Shown: in pieces, positions 46,764 to 55,323 of the stretch | Numbering within the stretch: the stretch's first letter is position 1 | How the letters are laid out: every line of letters starts with the position of its first letter | From: Candidatus Woesearchaeota archaeon | GTDB lineage: Archaea; Nanobdellota; Nanobdellia; SCGC-AAA011-G17; JACPNG01 | NCBI GenBank assembly: GCA_016185605.1 | Contig: JACPNG010000015.1 | Coordinates: 7,103 to 71,102 of the forward strand | DNA length: 64,000 nucleotides | Reading direction: 5' to 3' | Notes under the pieces: generated by a model | Database searches by the model: none | The model's input: only the letters and a program-made list of their open reading frames with translations | Told to the model about the DNA's origin: nothing | Translations under genes and position numbers: made by a program

Positions 46764-47861
46764 ATGAAATCGTGGCATATCTGGGATTTTCCGGATAATA
46801 TTTATATCTCTCTAAAAAGACAGGCTCATAAAGAATTTTTCAGAGAAATGTTTATAGAGTATGGGGGAAAAAGAGCGTATGCTAGATTCTTAGGTTTATC
46901 ACAAACCGCTGTAAAACAGCATTGGAGAGGTTACAGCAAAAAAGGCGGAAGATTATACACACAGTGTATACCTCTCTGGGTTCTAAAAAAATCTTGTAAA
47001 ACAAATAGACTTAAAAGAAAAATCGAGAATAATATAAATCTAATAAAAGGGTCAAATAAATCAAATCCAATAACAAACCCAAAATTGCCAATAGAAGAGA
47101 ATCCAGAATTGTATAGAATAACTGCACATATGATAGCAGATGGTAGTGCGCCTAGAAATAAGGTTCCTTATTATTCAAATACTTCAAAAGTTTTAAGGGA
47201 ACAATTTAAGAAGGATTTAAAGATATTTGGAAAGATGAGAGTTTATGACTCTAAATTAACAATTCCTATTGTTTACTTTCCAAAAATATTAACTGATATA
47301 TTGTCCCATATACTTAATGTGAGATTTTCTTTCCCAAATAGACTACCAAGTGAAACTTTCAAAGCTACAGAAGAATGTAAAAGAGCATTTTTACAGGCTT
47401 TATTTGATGACGAAGGTTATATATCAACCGGTCTATGCATAAGTATGTCTAATTTAAAGGTAATAAAACAGATAAAAAAATTATTAAAAGCTATAGAAGT
47501 AGAAACCAATAAAATAGGGATAAAAAGGCAAAAATATAGGAAGAATAATTTTATCATAAATGTGAAAAAAAAGCACTATAAAAGATTTGATGAAAAAGTT
47601 GGATTTTCCCATCCAGAGAAATCTAGAAATTTAAAATTTGCATTAAAGACTCTTAATAGAAAAATAAGAACAAGAGACCCATATATAATTAAAGAAGAAA
47701 TTTTAAAATATTTAAGAAGAAAACCTATGAAAACTTTAGAATTAGCTAATAACATACAACTTAGTTTAGGACATTGTTTAAGACACTTAAAAAGCATTGA
47801 AAAGATGGGTGATATAGAAAGAACTGGATTTAAAAATAAGATAATTTGGTATCTTCCCTAA
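46764..47861 (+). CDS. free-standing LAGLIDADG homing-endonuclease-like protein with flanking HTH domains (second copy of this architecture)
   Basis: 365 aa. LAGLIDADG-type motifs ITAHMIADGSA and LQALFDDEGYIS. C-terminal wHTH-like region. Confidence 0.65.
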   Translation: MKSWHIWDFPDNIYISLKRQAHKEFFREMFIEYGGKRAYARFLGLSQTAVKQHWRGYSKKGGRLYTQCIPLWVLKKSCKTNRLKRKIENNINLIKGSNKSNPITNPKLPIEENPELYRITAHMIADGSAPRNKVPYYSNTSKVLREQFKKDLKIFGKMRVYDSKLTIPIVYFPKILTDILSHILNVRFSFPNRLPSETFKATEECKRAFLQALFDDEGYISTGLCISMSNLKVIKQIKKLLKAIEVETNKIGIKRQKYRKNNFIINVKKKHYKRFDEKVGFSHPEKSRNLKFALKTLNRKIRTRDPYIIKEEILKYLRRKPMKTLELANNIQLSLGHCLRHLKSIEKMGDIERTGFKNKIIWYLP

Positions 47862-48421
47862 GGTCTTACCCATTCCACATTGTAATAAGTAACATCATTC
47901 TCATCATCAACAATGCCTATTAATAATCTCTTTCTTGTGCTATGAGCAACTCTATTCTTAGCTGAGAATTCATACCAAGTGGACACACTAGCTTCATGGA
48001 CAGGATATAAAATCCATTTCGCATGATCATCTCCAGGCTTGACTCCCCTGTCATAAACCCTGAAATCAGCCCCAAATTTTAGAGCAGTTTTTACTATATA
48101 GCCCCTATTTCTCATATCCCTAAATACAACATACCTTATCCAGAAATTTGGCTCTACTTCTCGAGCCTTTTTAATAAAATCATCGGCATTAATCTTCTTA
48201 TTTTTATTATCTAGAATATCCATTCTCTTTTTTTCTAATAAATATAAGGCTTCTACCAAAGAATAATAGAATTTTCCCTCCTGCAATTCGCCAAACTTGC
48301 TTTGGTTATGGAGTTCCCTAGATTCATTATTCTCTTCGGCCACAACTTTTTCATTAGAGAATATAGCGCTTATTTTATTTGTTATTTCCTTGGGTTTTTC
48401 CTTTTTCTCTGCCATAGCCAA
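47858..48421 (-). CDS. endA: tRNA-splicing endonuclease (EndA)
   Basis: 187 aa. GYIVKTALKFGADFRVY...HAKWILYP...VAHSTRKRLLIG catalytic-domain motifs. Confidence 0.75.
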   Translation of the reverse strand: MAMAEKKEKPKEITNKISAIFSNEKVVAEENNESRELHNQSKFGELQEGKFYYSLVEALYLLEKKRMDILDNKNKKINADDFIKKAREVEPNFWIRYVVFRDMRNRGYIVKTALKFGADFRVYDRGVKPGDDHAKWILYPVHEASVSTWYEFSAKNRVAHSTRKRLLIGIVDDENDVTYYNVEWVRP

Positions 48422-48463
48422 TTTAATAAAAAACTATTTAAAAAGCTTGTCATTAAATATGAG

Positions 48464-49354
48464 ATGGAACTGATATTTTTAGGAACTAGCTCAATGATAC
48501 CGACTGAGGACAGAAATCACTTTTCTAATTTATTATTGTACAAAGATGAGGGAATATTGGTTGACTGCGGGGAAAATACTCAAAGACAATTAAGGATAGC
48601 AAAAATCCCAGTCACAAAAATTACAAAAATACTAATAACTCACTGGCATGGCGACCATGTTCTGGGATTGCCCGGAGTATTGCAAAGTTTGGAAAAGCAC
48701 CAGTATAATAAAAGTCTAGAAATATACGGGCCAAAAGGATCTAAAAAATATTTTAGCCATATGTTCAGGGGATTTGATTATAGAATAAAAATAAAATACA
48801 AGTTAGTTGAAGTTAATAAAAGAATCTTCTTCAAAAATAATGATTTTAGTCTAGAGGCGTTAAAACTAGACCATAGCATTCCTTGCTTGGGATATTCATT
48901 TATAGAAAATGATAGAAGAAAGATTAATATGGAATATCTGAAAAAATTTAGTCTAAAATCCCATCCAATTATAAAAAAATTACAGCAAGGCAAAGATATA
49001 ATCTGGAAGGGCAAAAAAATTAAAGCTAAATTATCCACAAGCTTAAAAGAAGGCAAGAAAATAGCATTCATAACAGACACAAGAGTATGCGATAATATAC
49101 TGAAATTGACAAAAAACTCAGATATTATTGTTTCTGAAGCCACATTTAGGGAGGATTTCGAGGAGAAAGCTAAATTATATAAACACTTAACCACAAAACA
49201 GGCGGCATTAATAGCAAAAAAATCAACTGCAAAAAGATTAATCTTAACTCATTTCAGCCAGAGATATAAAGATTTAGAAGAATTGAAGAAAGAGGCTTCT
49301 AAAATATTTTATAATGTTTATATAGCAGAGGATTTTATGAGGATATCACTTTAA
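48464..49354 (+). CDS. rnz: ribonuclease Z (tRNA 3' endonuclease, metallo-beta-lactamase fold)
   Basis: Track ORF starts at 48302 with an implausible hydrophobic leader. The real start is probably MELIFLGTSS at 48464. ITHWHGDH motif. Confidence 0.8.
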   Translation: MELIFLGTSSMIPTEDRNHFSNLLLYKDEGILVDCGENTQRQLRIAKIPVTKITKILITHWHGDHVLGLPGVLQSLEKHQYNKSLEIYGPKGSKKYFSHMFRGFDYRIKIKYKLVEVNKRIFFKNNDFSLEALKLDHSIPCLGYSFIENDRRKINMEYLKKFSLKSHPIIKKLQQGKDIIWKGKKIKAKLSTSLKEGKKIAFITDTRVCDNILKLTKNSDIIVSEATFREDFEEKAKLYKHLTTKQAALIAKKSTAKRLILTHFSQRYKDLEELKKEASKIFYNVYIAEDFMRISL

Positions 49355-50155
49355 CTTATACATATAGAATAAGAACAAGTTGCTCCAGACTCCATATATA
49401 AGACTTATAGCATATCTGATTATTATTAATATTATCATCAAGGTGGCTCCATAAGCTATGTTCAATGAAAAATCAAGCAATAATATAATCAATCCAAATA
49501 AAAATATTATAAACCAAGTCATAAATACATGCTTAAAATTCTTTAATAATAGTAAATAGAGGGATTTAATTATTTCAATTGGATTTTTTCTGTCAATCAG
49601 CAAAGCAGGATACCTAAACAATAATAATAAACTCAGGAAAAATAATGTTATCAGAAATAAGAGCAATATTATATTGAAAAATATCTGGCTGTAAAATGTG
49701 TTTAGCGCATTTAATATTATCAATATGCCAAAAAATAATAAAACCATCAAAGAGATGATGAATACAGTCAATCTCATCAGTACAATATCCCAGAAATATT
49801 TTGATCCATAGCCTATCATTTTCTTAAATTCTAGTTTTTTCTTTTCTATAATATCCCTCATCATCCCGAATTTCATGGCATTTATCCCAGATCCCAAAAT
49901 AAATCCAGTAATGAAGAATAATATAAGATAAATTACAAATACCAATATATTATCTTGTATAAAATCAGACAATAACGGAATAAGCATGTCCAAAGAGTCG
50001 ATTAAATTATTATTGGCATTGAAGAATTCAGTTATTCCGCTGTATTTTACAAAAGACAATCCCAATAAAAATGATATTATCAGCATTGCTAAATCAGGAA
50101 CAAACAATAGAAATTTTAGACTCTTGAAACTCTCAATTAATCTCTCTTTGTACAT
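49346..50155 (-). CDS. polytopic membrane protein, hypothetical
   Basis: 269 aa, about 6 TM segments. Confidence 0.4.
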   Translation of the reverse strand: MYKERLIESFKSLKFLLFVPDLAMLIISFLLGLSFVKYSGITEFFNANNNLIDSLDMLIPLLSDFIQDNILVFVIYLILFFITGFILGSGINAMKFGMMRDIIEKKKLEFKKMIGYGSKYFWDIVLMRLTVFIISLMVLLFFGILIILNALNTFYSQIFFNIILLLFLITLFFLSLLLLFRYPALLIDRKNPIEIIKSLYLLLLKNFKHVFMTWFIIFLFGLIILLLDFSLNIAYGATLMIILIIIRYAISLIYGVWSNLFLFYMYKLK

Positions 50156-50186
50156 TTAAATAAGAAAATAAATATTGTTTAAAAAG

Positions 50187-51098
50187 TTACTCTTTCTTTT
50201 TCACTTGGTCTTTTAATTTTAGTTTTTTTATTAATTCCTTATATCTGTTTCTTATTGTAACTTCTGTAACTCCGGCTACATCAGCAACTTCTCTTTGGGT
50301 TTTTTTCTCCCCATTTATCAATGCAGCTACATATAATGAGGCAGCTGCAATTCCAGTTGGACCTCTTCCAGATGTTAATTCTGAATTCTGGGCTTTTTCT
50401 AGGATTTCAACAGCCTTGCTTTGGGTGTCTGGATTTAATCTTAAAGCAGAAGCGAATCTAGGAATATAATCTACTGGATTGCTTGGAAGTATTCTAATTC
50501 CTAATTCCCTTGTAACAAATCTGTATGTTCTTCCAATTTCTTTTTTATCTATCCCAGAAGCTTCACTTAATTCATCTAGAGTTCTTGGAACTTCATGTCT
50601 TCTGCAAGCAGCATATAATGCCCCTGCAACAACAGACTCCATACTTCTTCCTCTTACTAATCCTCTTTGAACAGCTAATGTGTATACTCTGGCTGCTTCT
50701 TCCTCAACTGATTTTGGAAGTTTTAAATAAGAAGCTACTCTTTTTAATTCTGCTAAGGCTAATTTAAGATTTCTTTCTATTGCTGTAGAAACTCTGTACT
50801 GCCATTTTCTTAGTCTAAAGAATTTATTTCTTCCTTTGCTTTCTAATTTATAGATGTCCCCTTTCTGGCCAATATCTGTCCCTAATCCACGGTCAAATTT
50901 TGTCCATGTCGAGGGAGCTCCTGTTCTTCTTACCCTTTCAGCCTGTTCTGAATCAAATTCCCTCCATTCCTGCTCAAAATCAACCATCTTTTCTTCTAGA
51001 ACTAATCCGCAGTCCCTGCATATAATCTCGCCTTTTTCTTTAGAATGATTTAGATTTATACTGCCGCATTCAGGGCATTTCTTAATATAGTTAGGCAT
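50187..51098 (-). CDS. tfb: transcription initiation factor IIB (TFB)
   Basis: 303 aa. N-terminal zinc ribbon CPECGS...CRDCG, B-finger, two cyclin folds. Confidence 0.9.
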   Translation of the reverse strand: MPNYIKKCPECGSINLNHSKEKGEIICRDCGLVLEEKMVDFEQEWREFDSEQAERVRRTGAPSTWTKFDRGLGTDIGQKGDIYKLESKGRNKFFRLRKWQYRVSTAIERNLKLALAELKRVASYLKLPKSVEEEAARVYTLAVQRGLVRGRSMESVVAGALYAACRRHEVPRTLDELSEASGIDKKEIGRTYRFVTRELGIRILPSNPVDYIPRFASALRLNPDTQSKAVEILEKAQNSELTSGRGPTGIAAASLYVAALINGEKKTQREVADVAGVTEVTIRNRYKELIKKLKLKDQVKKKE

Positions 51099-51250
51099 TT
51101 TCCCCCCAGTAAATATAATAACCTTTAAAAAATAGATAAATAGGTTATTTATAAAGTTTTCGTTTTCTTTTTAAATATTTTTATTTTTTATGTTATTTTA
51201 GAGTAGTAACTAATAGAAAGATTTATATATTGACTATTTAATACAAATTT

Positions 51251-51649
51251 ATGTCACTAGTCAAAAAAGTTGAAGAAAATAAGTATGGACTAGACGATTT
51301 AGTTGCAACTGGTGCATTTGGAGCTTCTATTCCCGTTGCTCTTTATAATTCTAATTATATAGCTTCTACTTCAAAAGCAGCTTATTTTAACCATATAGCT
51401 CCTGGTATAAAGGGTATTGCTTGCGGTTTATATGACACATTAATAGGAATTCATAATTATTATTATGGATTTTCACAAGCTATCTATCAAACATTTAGTA
51501 ATGCATTTGCTGGGGCTACAGGAGCAGTATTAGGCGGATTAGCTGGTGTAACAACCTATGCTGGTTTATTATATGGAACTTATAAAACATTGAAATTTGT
51601 TGGAAGCAGAGCATATAAAAAAATTAAAGAGATGATTAAGAAATCTTGA
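51251..51649 (+). CDS. hypothetical Gly/Ala/Tyr-rich protein
   Basis: 132-aa ORF. Confidence 0.3.
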   Translation: MSLVKKVEENKYGLDDLVATGAFGASIPVALYNSNYIASTSKAAYFNHIAPGIKGIACGLYDTLIGIHNYYYGFSQAIYQTFSNAFAGATGAVLGGLAGVTTYAGLLYGTYKTLKFVGSRAYKKIKEMIKKS

Positions 51650-51655
51650 ATAAAT

Positions 51656-52039
51656 TTATTTTTCCATTAAGACAGCATTGATTATATTATCCTGTCCTGG
51701 ACGATTAGTAATTTTTGCTTTTCCCTTTTCAGTTTCTATTATTGTTCCTTTGGTCATGATATTTCTTCTTACAAAATGCCTATTTGCAGGACTTTCTACA
51801 ATTGTGTTTATCTTTAATTTTATATATTTCTTTGATTTGGGATCATAAACATTGGCAATATTATCACTTAGAACTCTGAATTTTTTATATCCACCCATAG
51901 TTCTTTCTGTAGATGTCCTTCTATCTCCTAATTTTGTGTGCGTTGGCGGATTTCCGCTTTCATATTTTCTCTTCTTTCTATAATCAATATATTTTCCGCC
52001 GGTTTTCTTTCTTTTTGGTCTTGACTGGATGATTGTCAT
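51656..52039 (-). CDS. rps8e: 30S ribosomal protein S8e
   Basis: 127 aa. KRKKTGGKYIDYRKKRKYESG. Confidence 0.85.
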   Translation of the reverse strand: MTIIQSRPKRKKTGGKYIDYRKKRKYESGNPPTHTKLGDRRTSTERTMGGYKKFRVLSDNIANVYDPKSKKYIKLKINTIVESPANRHFVRRNIMTKGTIIETEKGKAKITNRPGQDNIINAVLMEK

Positions 52040-52111
52040 GATATAAATTTAAAATAATCGTTTATAAAGTTTATTAGAAAGTTTTAAAAAGACATTAAAT
52101 AGGTTGTTTTA

Positions 52112-52339
52112 ATGGATTCAGAAAGGCCATTAGATGCATTGAACAGTTCAAGAGGCAAAAGAGTATTATTGGAATTGAAAAATCAAAAGCAGATAAGAGG
52201 TAAATTAAGGGCTTTTGATATTCATATTAATATGGTTCTGGAAGATGCTGAAGAATATGAAAATAATGAATTAAAAAGAAAATTGGGATTAACATTTGTT
52301 AGAGGCGACACAATAATATTAATTTCTCCTTCTGAGTAA
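52112..52339 (+). CDS. Sm-like (LSm) archaeal protein
   Basis: 75 aa. PLDALNSSRGKRVLLELKNQKQIRGKLRAFDIHINMVLEDAEE = Sm1/Sm2 motifs. Conserved LSm-L37e synteny. Confidence 0.8.
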   Translation: MDSERPLDALNSSRGKRVLLELKNQKQIRGKLRAFDIHINMVLEDAEEYENNELKRKLGLTFVRGDTIILISPSE

Positions 52340-52341
52340 AA

Positions 52342-52527
52342 ATGACTAAAGGCACTCCGTCAATGGGCAGGAAATCCGGCCAGAAGAATTTCATCAGATG
52401 CAGAAGATGCGGAAGGGCAACCTATCATATAAGAAAGAAGAAATGTAGCTCTTGTGGATTTGGCAATTCCTCTAAACTTAGAAAATACTCCTGGCAGAAG
52501 CAGAGAACCAAGAGAAAAAGAATATAA
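52342..52527 (+). CDS. rpl37e: 50S ribosomal protein L37e
   Basis: 61 aa. C4 zinc ribbon CRRCGR...CSSCG. Confidence 0.85.
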   Translation: MTKGTPSMGRKSGQKNFIRCRRCGRATYHIRKKKCSSCGFGNSSKLRKYSWQKQRTKRKRI

Positions 52528-52542
52528 TTCTAAAACTAAACT

Positions 52543-52556
52543 TATTTAAATAAAAT
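52543..52556 (+). promoter_or_regulatory. candidate TATA box for tRNA-Leu
   Basis: atttaaataaaa about 20-30 nt upstream of the tRNA 5' end. Confidence 0.25.
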
Positions 52557-52573
52557 TTTACAGTTAATTCTAT

Positions 52574-52694
52574 GCGGGGATGCCGGAGTGGCCAAACGGG
52601 TTGGGCTTAGGACCCAATGGCTTAGTGCCTACACAGGTTCGAATATCAGAATCGAGGTTCCGATACCTCCTGAAAGAAAGTCCTGTTCCCCGCA
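52574..52694 (+). tRNA. tRNA-Leu (anticodon UAG), class II, with a 37-nt insertion (non-canonical intron) in the T-arm
   Basis: Acceptor GCGGGGA/TCCCCGC. D-arm CCG-GAGTGGCCAAA-CGG. Anticodon arm TTGGG-CTTAGGA-CCCAA. Variable arm TGGCTTAGTGCCTAC. T-stem ACAGG + TTCGAAT. Then 52645..52681 inserted (contains its own hairpin GAGGT-TCCGAT-ACCTC). Then CCTGT. Confidence 0.75.
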
Positions 52695-52739
52695 CATTCT
52701 ATAGAAAACATTTATATATAAAATTAAATTTAATATAAT

Positions 52740-53561
52740 ATGCCAAAAAGATACTATAAAAACAGTGTAAGTTCTGCTGTAGATAAGGCAATTGAAAAAT
52801 ATGGAAAGGGTAGTGAAGAAAAATTATTTCAAAAACTAGATTATGATAAAATTAATAATCGAATAAAAAGATTAGTTCTACAAGGAAAAGATGAAGATGA
52901 TATAAGAAGAGATATATTACAAAATATCAATCAATATGCAACTAAATCAAAATCAAGAAGGTATCCAATAGCAATAGCGCAGTTCCTATTAAAAGAGAGA
53001 GATTTAAGTCCAAAGGGATATATTAGAACTCCCTTTAGAGCATTAAGAGAAGCGTTTGGTGTACAAAAAGAATACCCTTTAGAAGAACATTCAAAATCAT
53101 ATTCAGATATAGCCAGAGAGTTGAATAAACTGCCCGGTGGAGAAGAAGCAAAAGAAGCTAGTGAATATTTATCTAGGTCTGGTCTATTCATGAAAGTATT
53201 AAAACAAATGCGTGGAGATAAATTAGTAAGTGATAGTACATTTCATAAAGTAGATCGTAAGATTGAAAAAGGGGCTAAAAGAAAAGCAAAAGAATTGTCA
53301 GATATAATTGAAGAAGTAGCAGCTGTTATATTATTAGCAATCGCAACATTCTCATTAGTAAACTCAATAGTTGATAATCCTTCTGTAACAGGATATTCTA
53401 TATTGGGAATATCACAAGCTACAACCTCAACATTAATATTAAATTTATTAGCATTCATATTTGTTCTATTATTAGTCTATCCTTCTGGAGATATAATGTT
53501 TCCATTAAAAGCTGCAGAAGTAAAAAATTCAAGAAAAACTATTAGAAAAAAGCGTAAATAA
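52740..53561 (+). CDS. hypothetical protein with C-terminal TM segments
   Basis: 273 aa. Confidence 0.4.
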   Translation: MPKRYYKNSVSSAVDKAIEKYGKGSEEKLFQKLDYDKINNRIKRLVLQGKDEDDIRRDILQNINQYATKSKSRRYPIAIAQFLLKERDLSPKGYIRTPFRALREAFGVQKEYPLEEHSKSYSDIARELNKLPGGEEAKEASEYLSRSGLFMKVLKQMRGDKLVSDSTFHKVDRKIEKGAKRKAKELSDIIEEVAAVILLAIATFSLVNSIVDNPSVTGYSILGISQATTSTLILNLLAFIFVLLLVYPSGDIMFPLKAAEVKNSRKTIRKKRK

Positions 53562-54353
53562 AATTCTATAATAGCTTAAGATTACCAATAATATTATTGT
53601 AATTAATATATTGATGAATGAAAATGCATTGAAATTTCCTATGTAAAAGACAAAATTATTCATAAAAGCTACCATAAACAAGATGAAAATAACCAAATAT
53701 CCCAAGTATAAAGGAAATAGATAATGTATTTTTTTTATTGCTATGCTTATCCCTTTCCTTAATGTTCTTAATAAGCTATTATTATTTAATAAAGAATAAA
53801 ATATTAATAAGAAGTAGAATAAGATTATGGGAATTAGTATAATTAAATATAATTGAGTATTAAATTCAAATTGTCCGCCGTAATAAGGGACTATATTAGT
53901 AAACATGGATAAAAACTGAAACGCTATTAATGTTAATATGACAAAGAATGGCAGACTTATAACCAAAAATTTAATGAAGAATTTGTAATCCAATATATTT
54001 TTCATTTTGTCTTCAAAGATTATTTTATAGTTTAACCCCTGTAATAATGCCCATAAGATAAATATTACAAAAGGGATTATAAAATATCCAAATATTAGTG
54101 ATTCTCTTACTATTGAGTTTATACTATTTAAAACTAAAGTAGTTTGGTCTAGATTAGCTACATCAGTTGATTGCTGCAGTAAGCTTTGCATTTCATTTAA
54201 CTTTGGAATATACTGCTGGATTAACTGAAGATAATTTTGAACCTTGTTTCTTGAGTAGTTCAAAAATAAGAATAATAAAATAAAAAACAATCCATCTATC
54301 AAAATAAAGTAATAAAACTTTTTCTTGAATAGATTAAATGATTTCTTCAGCAT
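53529..54353 (-). CDS. polytopic membrane protein, hypothetical
   Basis: 274 aa, 6 TM segments. Confidence 0.4.
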   Translation of the reverse strand: MLKKSFNLFKKKFYYFILIDGLFFILLFLFLNYSRNKVQNYLQLIQQYIPKLNEMQSLLQQSTDVANLDQTTLVLNSINSIVRESLIFGYFIIPFVIFILWALLQGLNYKIIFEDKMKNILDYKFFIKFLVISLPFFVILTLIAFQFLSMFTNIVPYYGGQFEFNTQLYLIILIPIILFYFLLIFYSLLNNNSLLRTLRKGISIAIKKIHYLFPLYLGYLVIFILFMVAFMNNFVFYIGNFNAFSFINILITIILLVILSYYRILFTLFSNSFS

Positions 54354-54391
54354 TTTGATAATCTAAATATTTATCATGACAAAATTTTCTA

Positions 54392-54805
54392 TTAAACTTC
54401 TATTTCTAAAGTCATTTTGTCATAACTGACTTCTGGAACCAGTTTTTTTCTGACTTCCCTTACATTAGTCACTTCAACGAATCCTAATTCCTTTAGAAAT
54501 TTTATATCTGTATTCACATTTTCCGGGGTTCTGCCGACTAATTTAGCAAGTTCGTACATAGATCTTGGTTTCTTATGCTTGATAATCCTAAGCAGCTCTA
54601 ATCTTTTTGGCGTTAAAAACTTCCTAAGCTGGTCTAAAGACTGAAAACTAATGGTATCTTCTTTAAATCTTTTAGATCTTCCCATATCTATCTCTTTCAA
54701 CTCAGACTTTATCTTTTTCTTAAATTCTTCCATATCCTCAATATATAACTTTAATTCTTTCGCTTTAATCATTTTCTCCTCCATTTGATTTTTCAAATTC
54801 TTCAA
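54392..54805 (-). CDS. winged-HTH transcriptional regulator
   Basis: 137 aa. LELLRIIKHKKPRSMYELAKLVGRTPENVNTDIKFLKELGFV is a typical wHTH. Confidence 0.5.
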   Translation of the reverse strand: MKNLKNQMEEKMIKAKELKLYIEDMEEFKKKIKSELKEIDMGRSKRFKEDTISFQSLDQLRKFLTPKRLELLRIIKHKKPRSMYELAKLVGRTPENVNTDIKFLKELGFVEVTNVREVRKKLVPEVSYDKMTLEIEV

Positions 54806-55064
54806 CTAATTTAAAAAACTGAACTGCTGTCTTCTCCAGACTTTCAAATTTATATTGCTCCTTTTTATTCTGATGATGCTTATGATGCCCTTCATTGTTA
54901 AAATTGTCAAATGCAATTGTTCTTTTGTTCTTATGCACAAATGTAAATGAGTATTTTACCCCTTCCTGATAAAATTTTGATTTTGGGGTTTTCCAGGCCA
55001 CTATTTCAATAAGGTTGTTCTTTTCGGTGATTATCCTCTTTTTCGGGATTACAGCTTTTGCCAT
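54765..55064 (-). CDS. small hypothetical protein co-transcribed with the wHTH regulator
   Basis: 99-aa ORF. Overlaps the regulator gene by 41 nt. Confidence 0.35.
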   Translation of the reverse strand: MAKAVIPKKRIITEKNNLIEIVAWKTPKSKFYQEGVKYSFTFVHKNKRTIAFDNFNNEGHHKHHQNKKEQYKFESLEKTAVQFFKLVEEFEKSNGGEND

Positions 55065-55323
55065 AATATCTCTTTTATAAATAAATATATTTAATTAAAT
55101 TAAATATATAAACTTTTCTATATTCTTTTGTTAAACTAATTCTCAACTATCATATTATCTCTTGCAATAACTGATTAAATACCTCATTTTTGTATTAGTA
55201 AAAGTATATTTTGGGTTTAGTGCCCATTTAGTTTCTTCTTTTATCGACTTTTTCTTAAAAAAAGTTCAATTTCATAATATAACAAAGTAATAAACCTCTT
55301 TTTGAATAAATTTAATGATTTTT

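Noticed and set aside
48302-48463. N-terminal 54 codons of the track ORF for rnz
   Set aside because: Hydrophobic nonsense leader that overlaps endA on the other strand. The conserved RNase Z sequence begins at MELIFLGTSS (48464).
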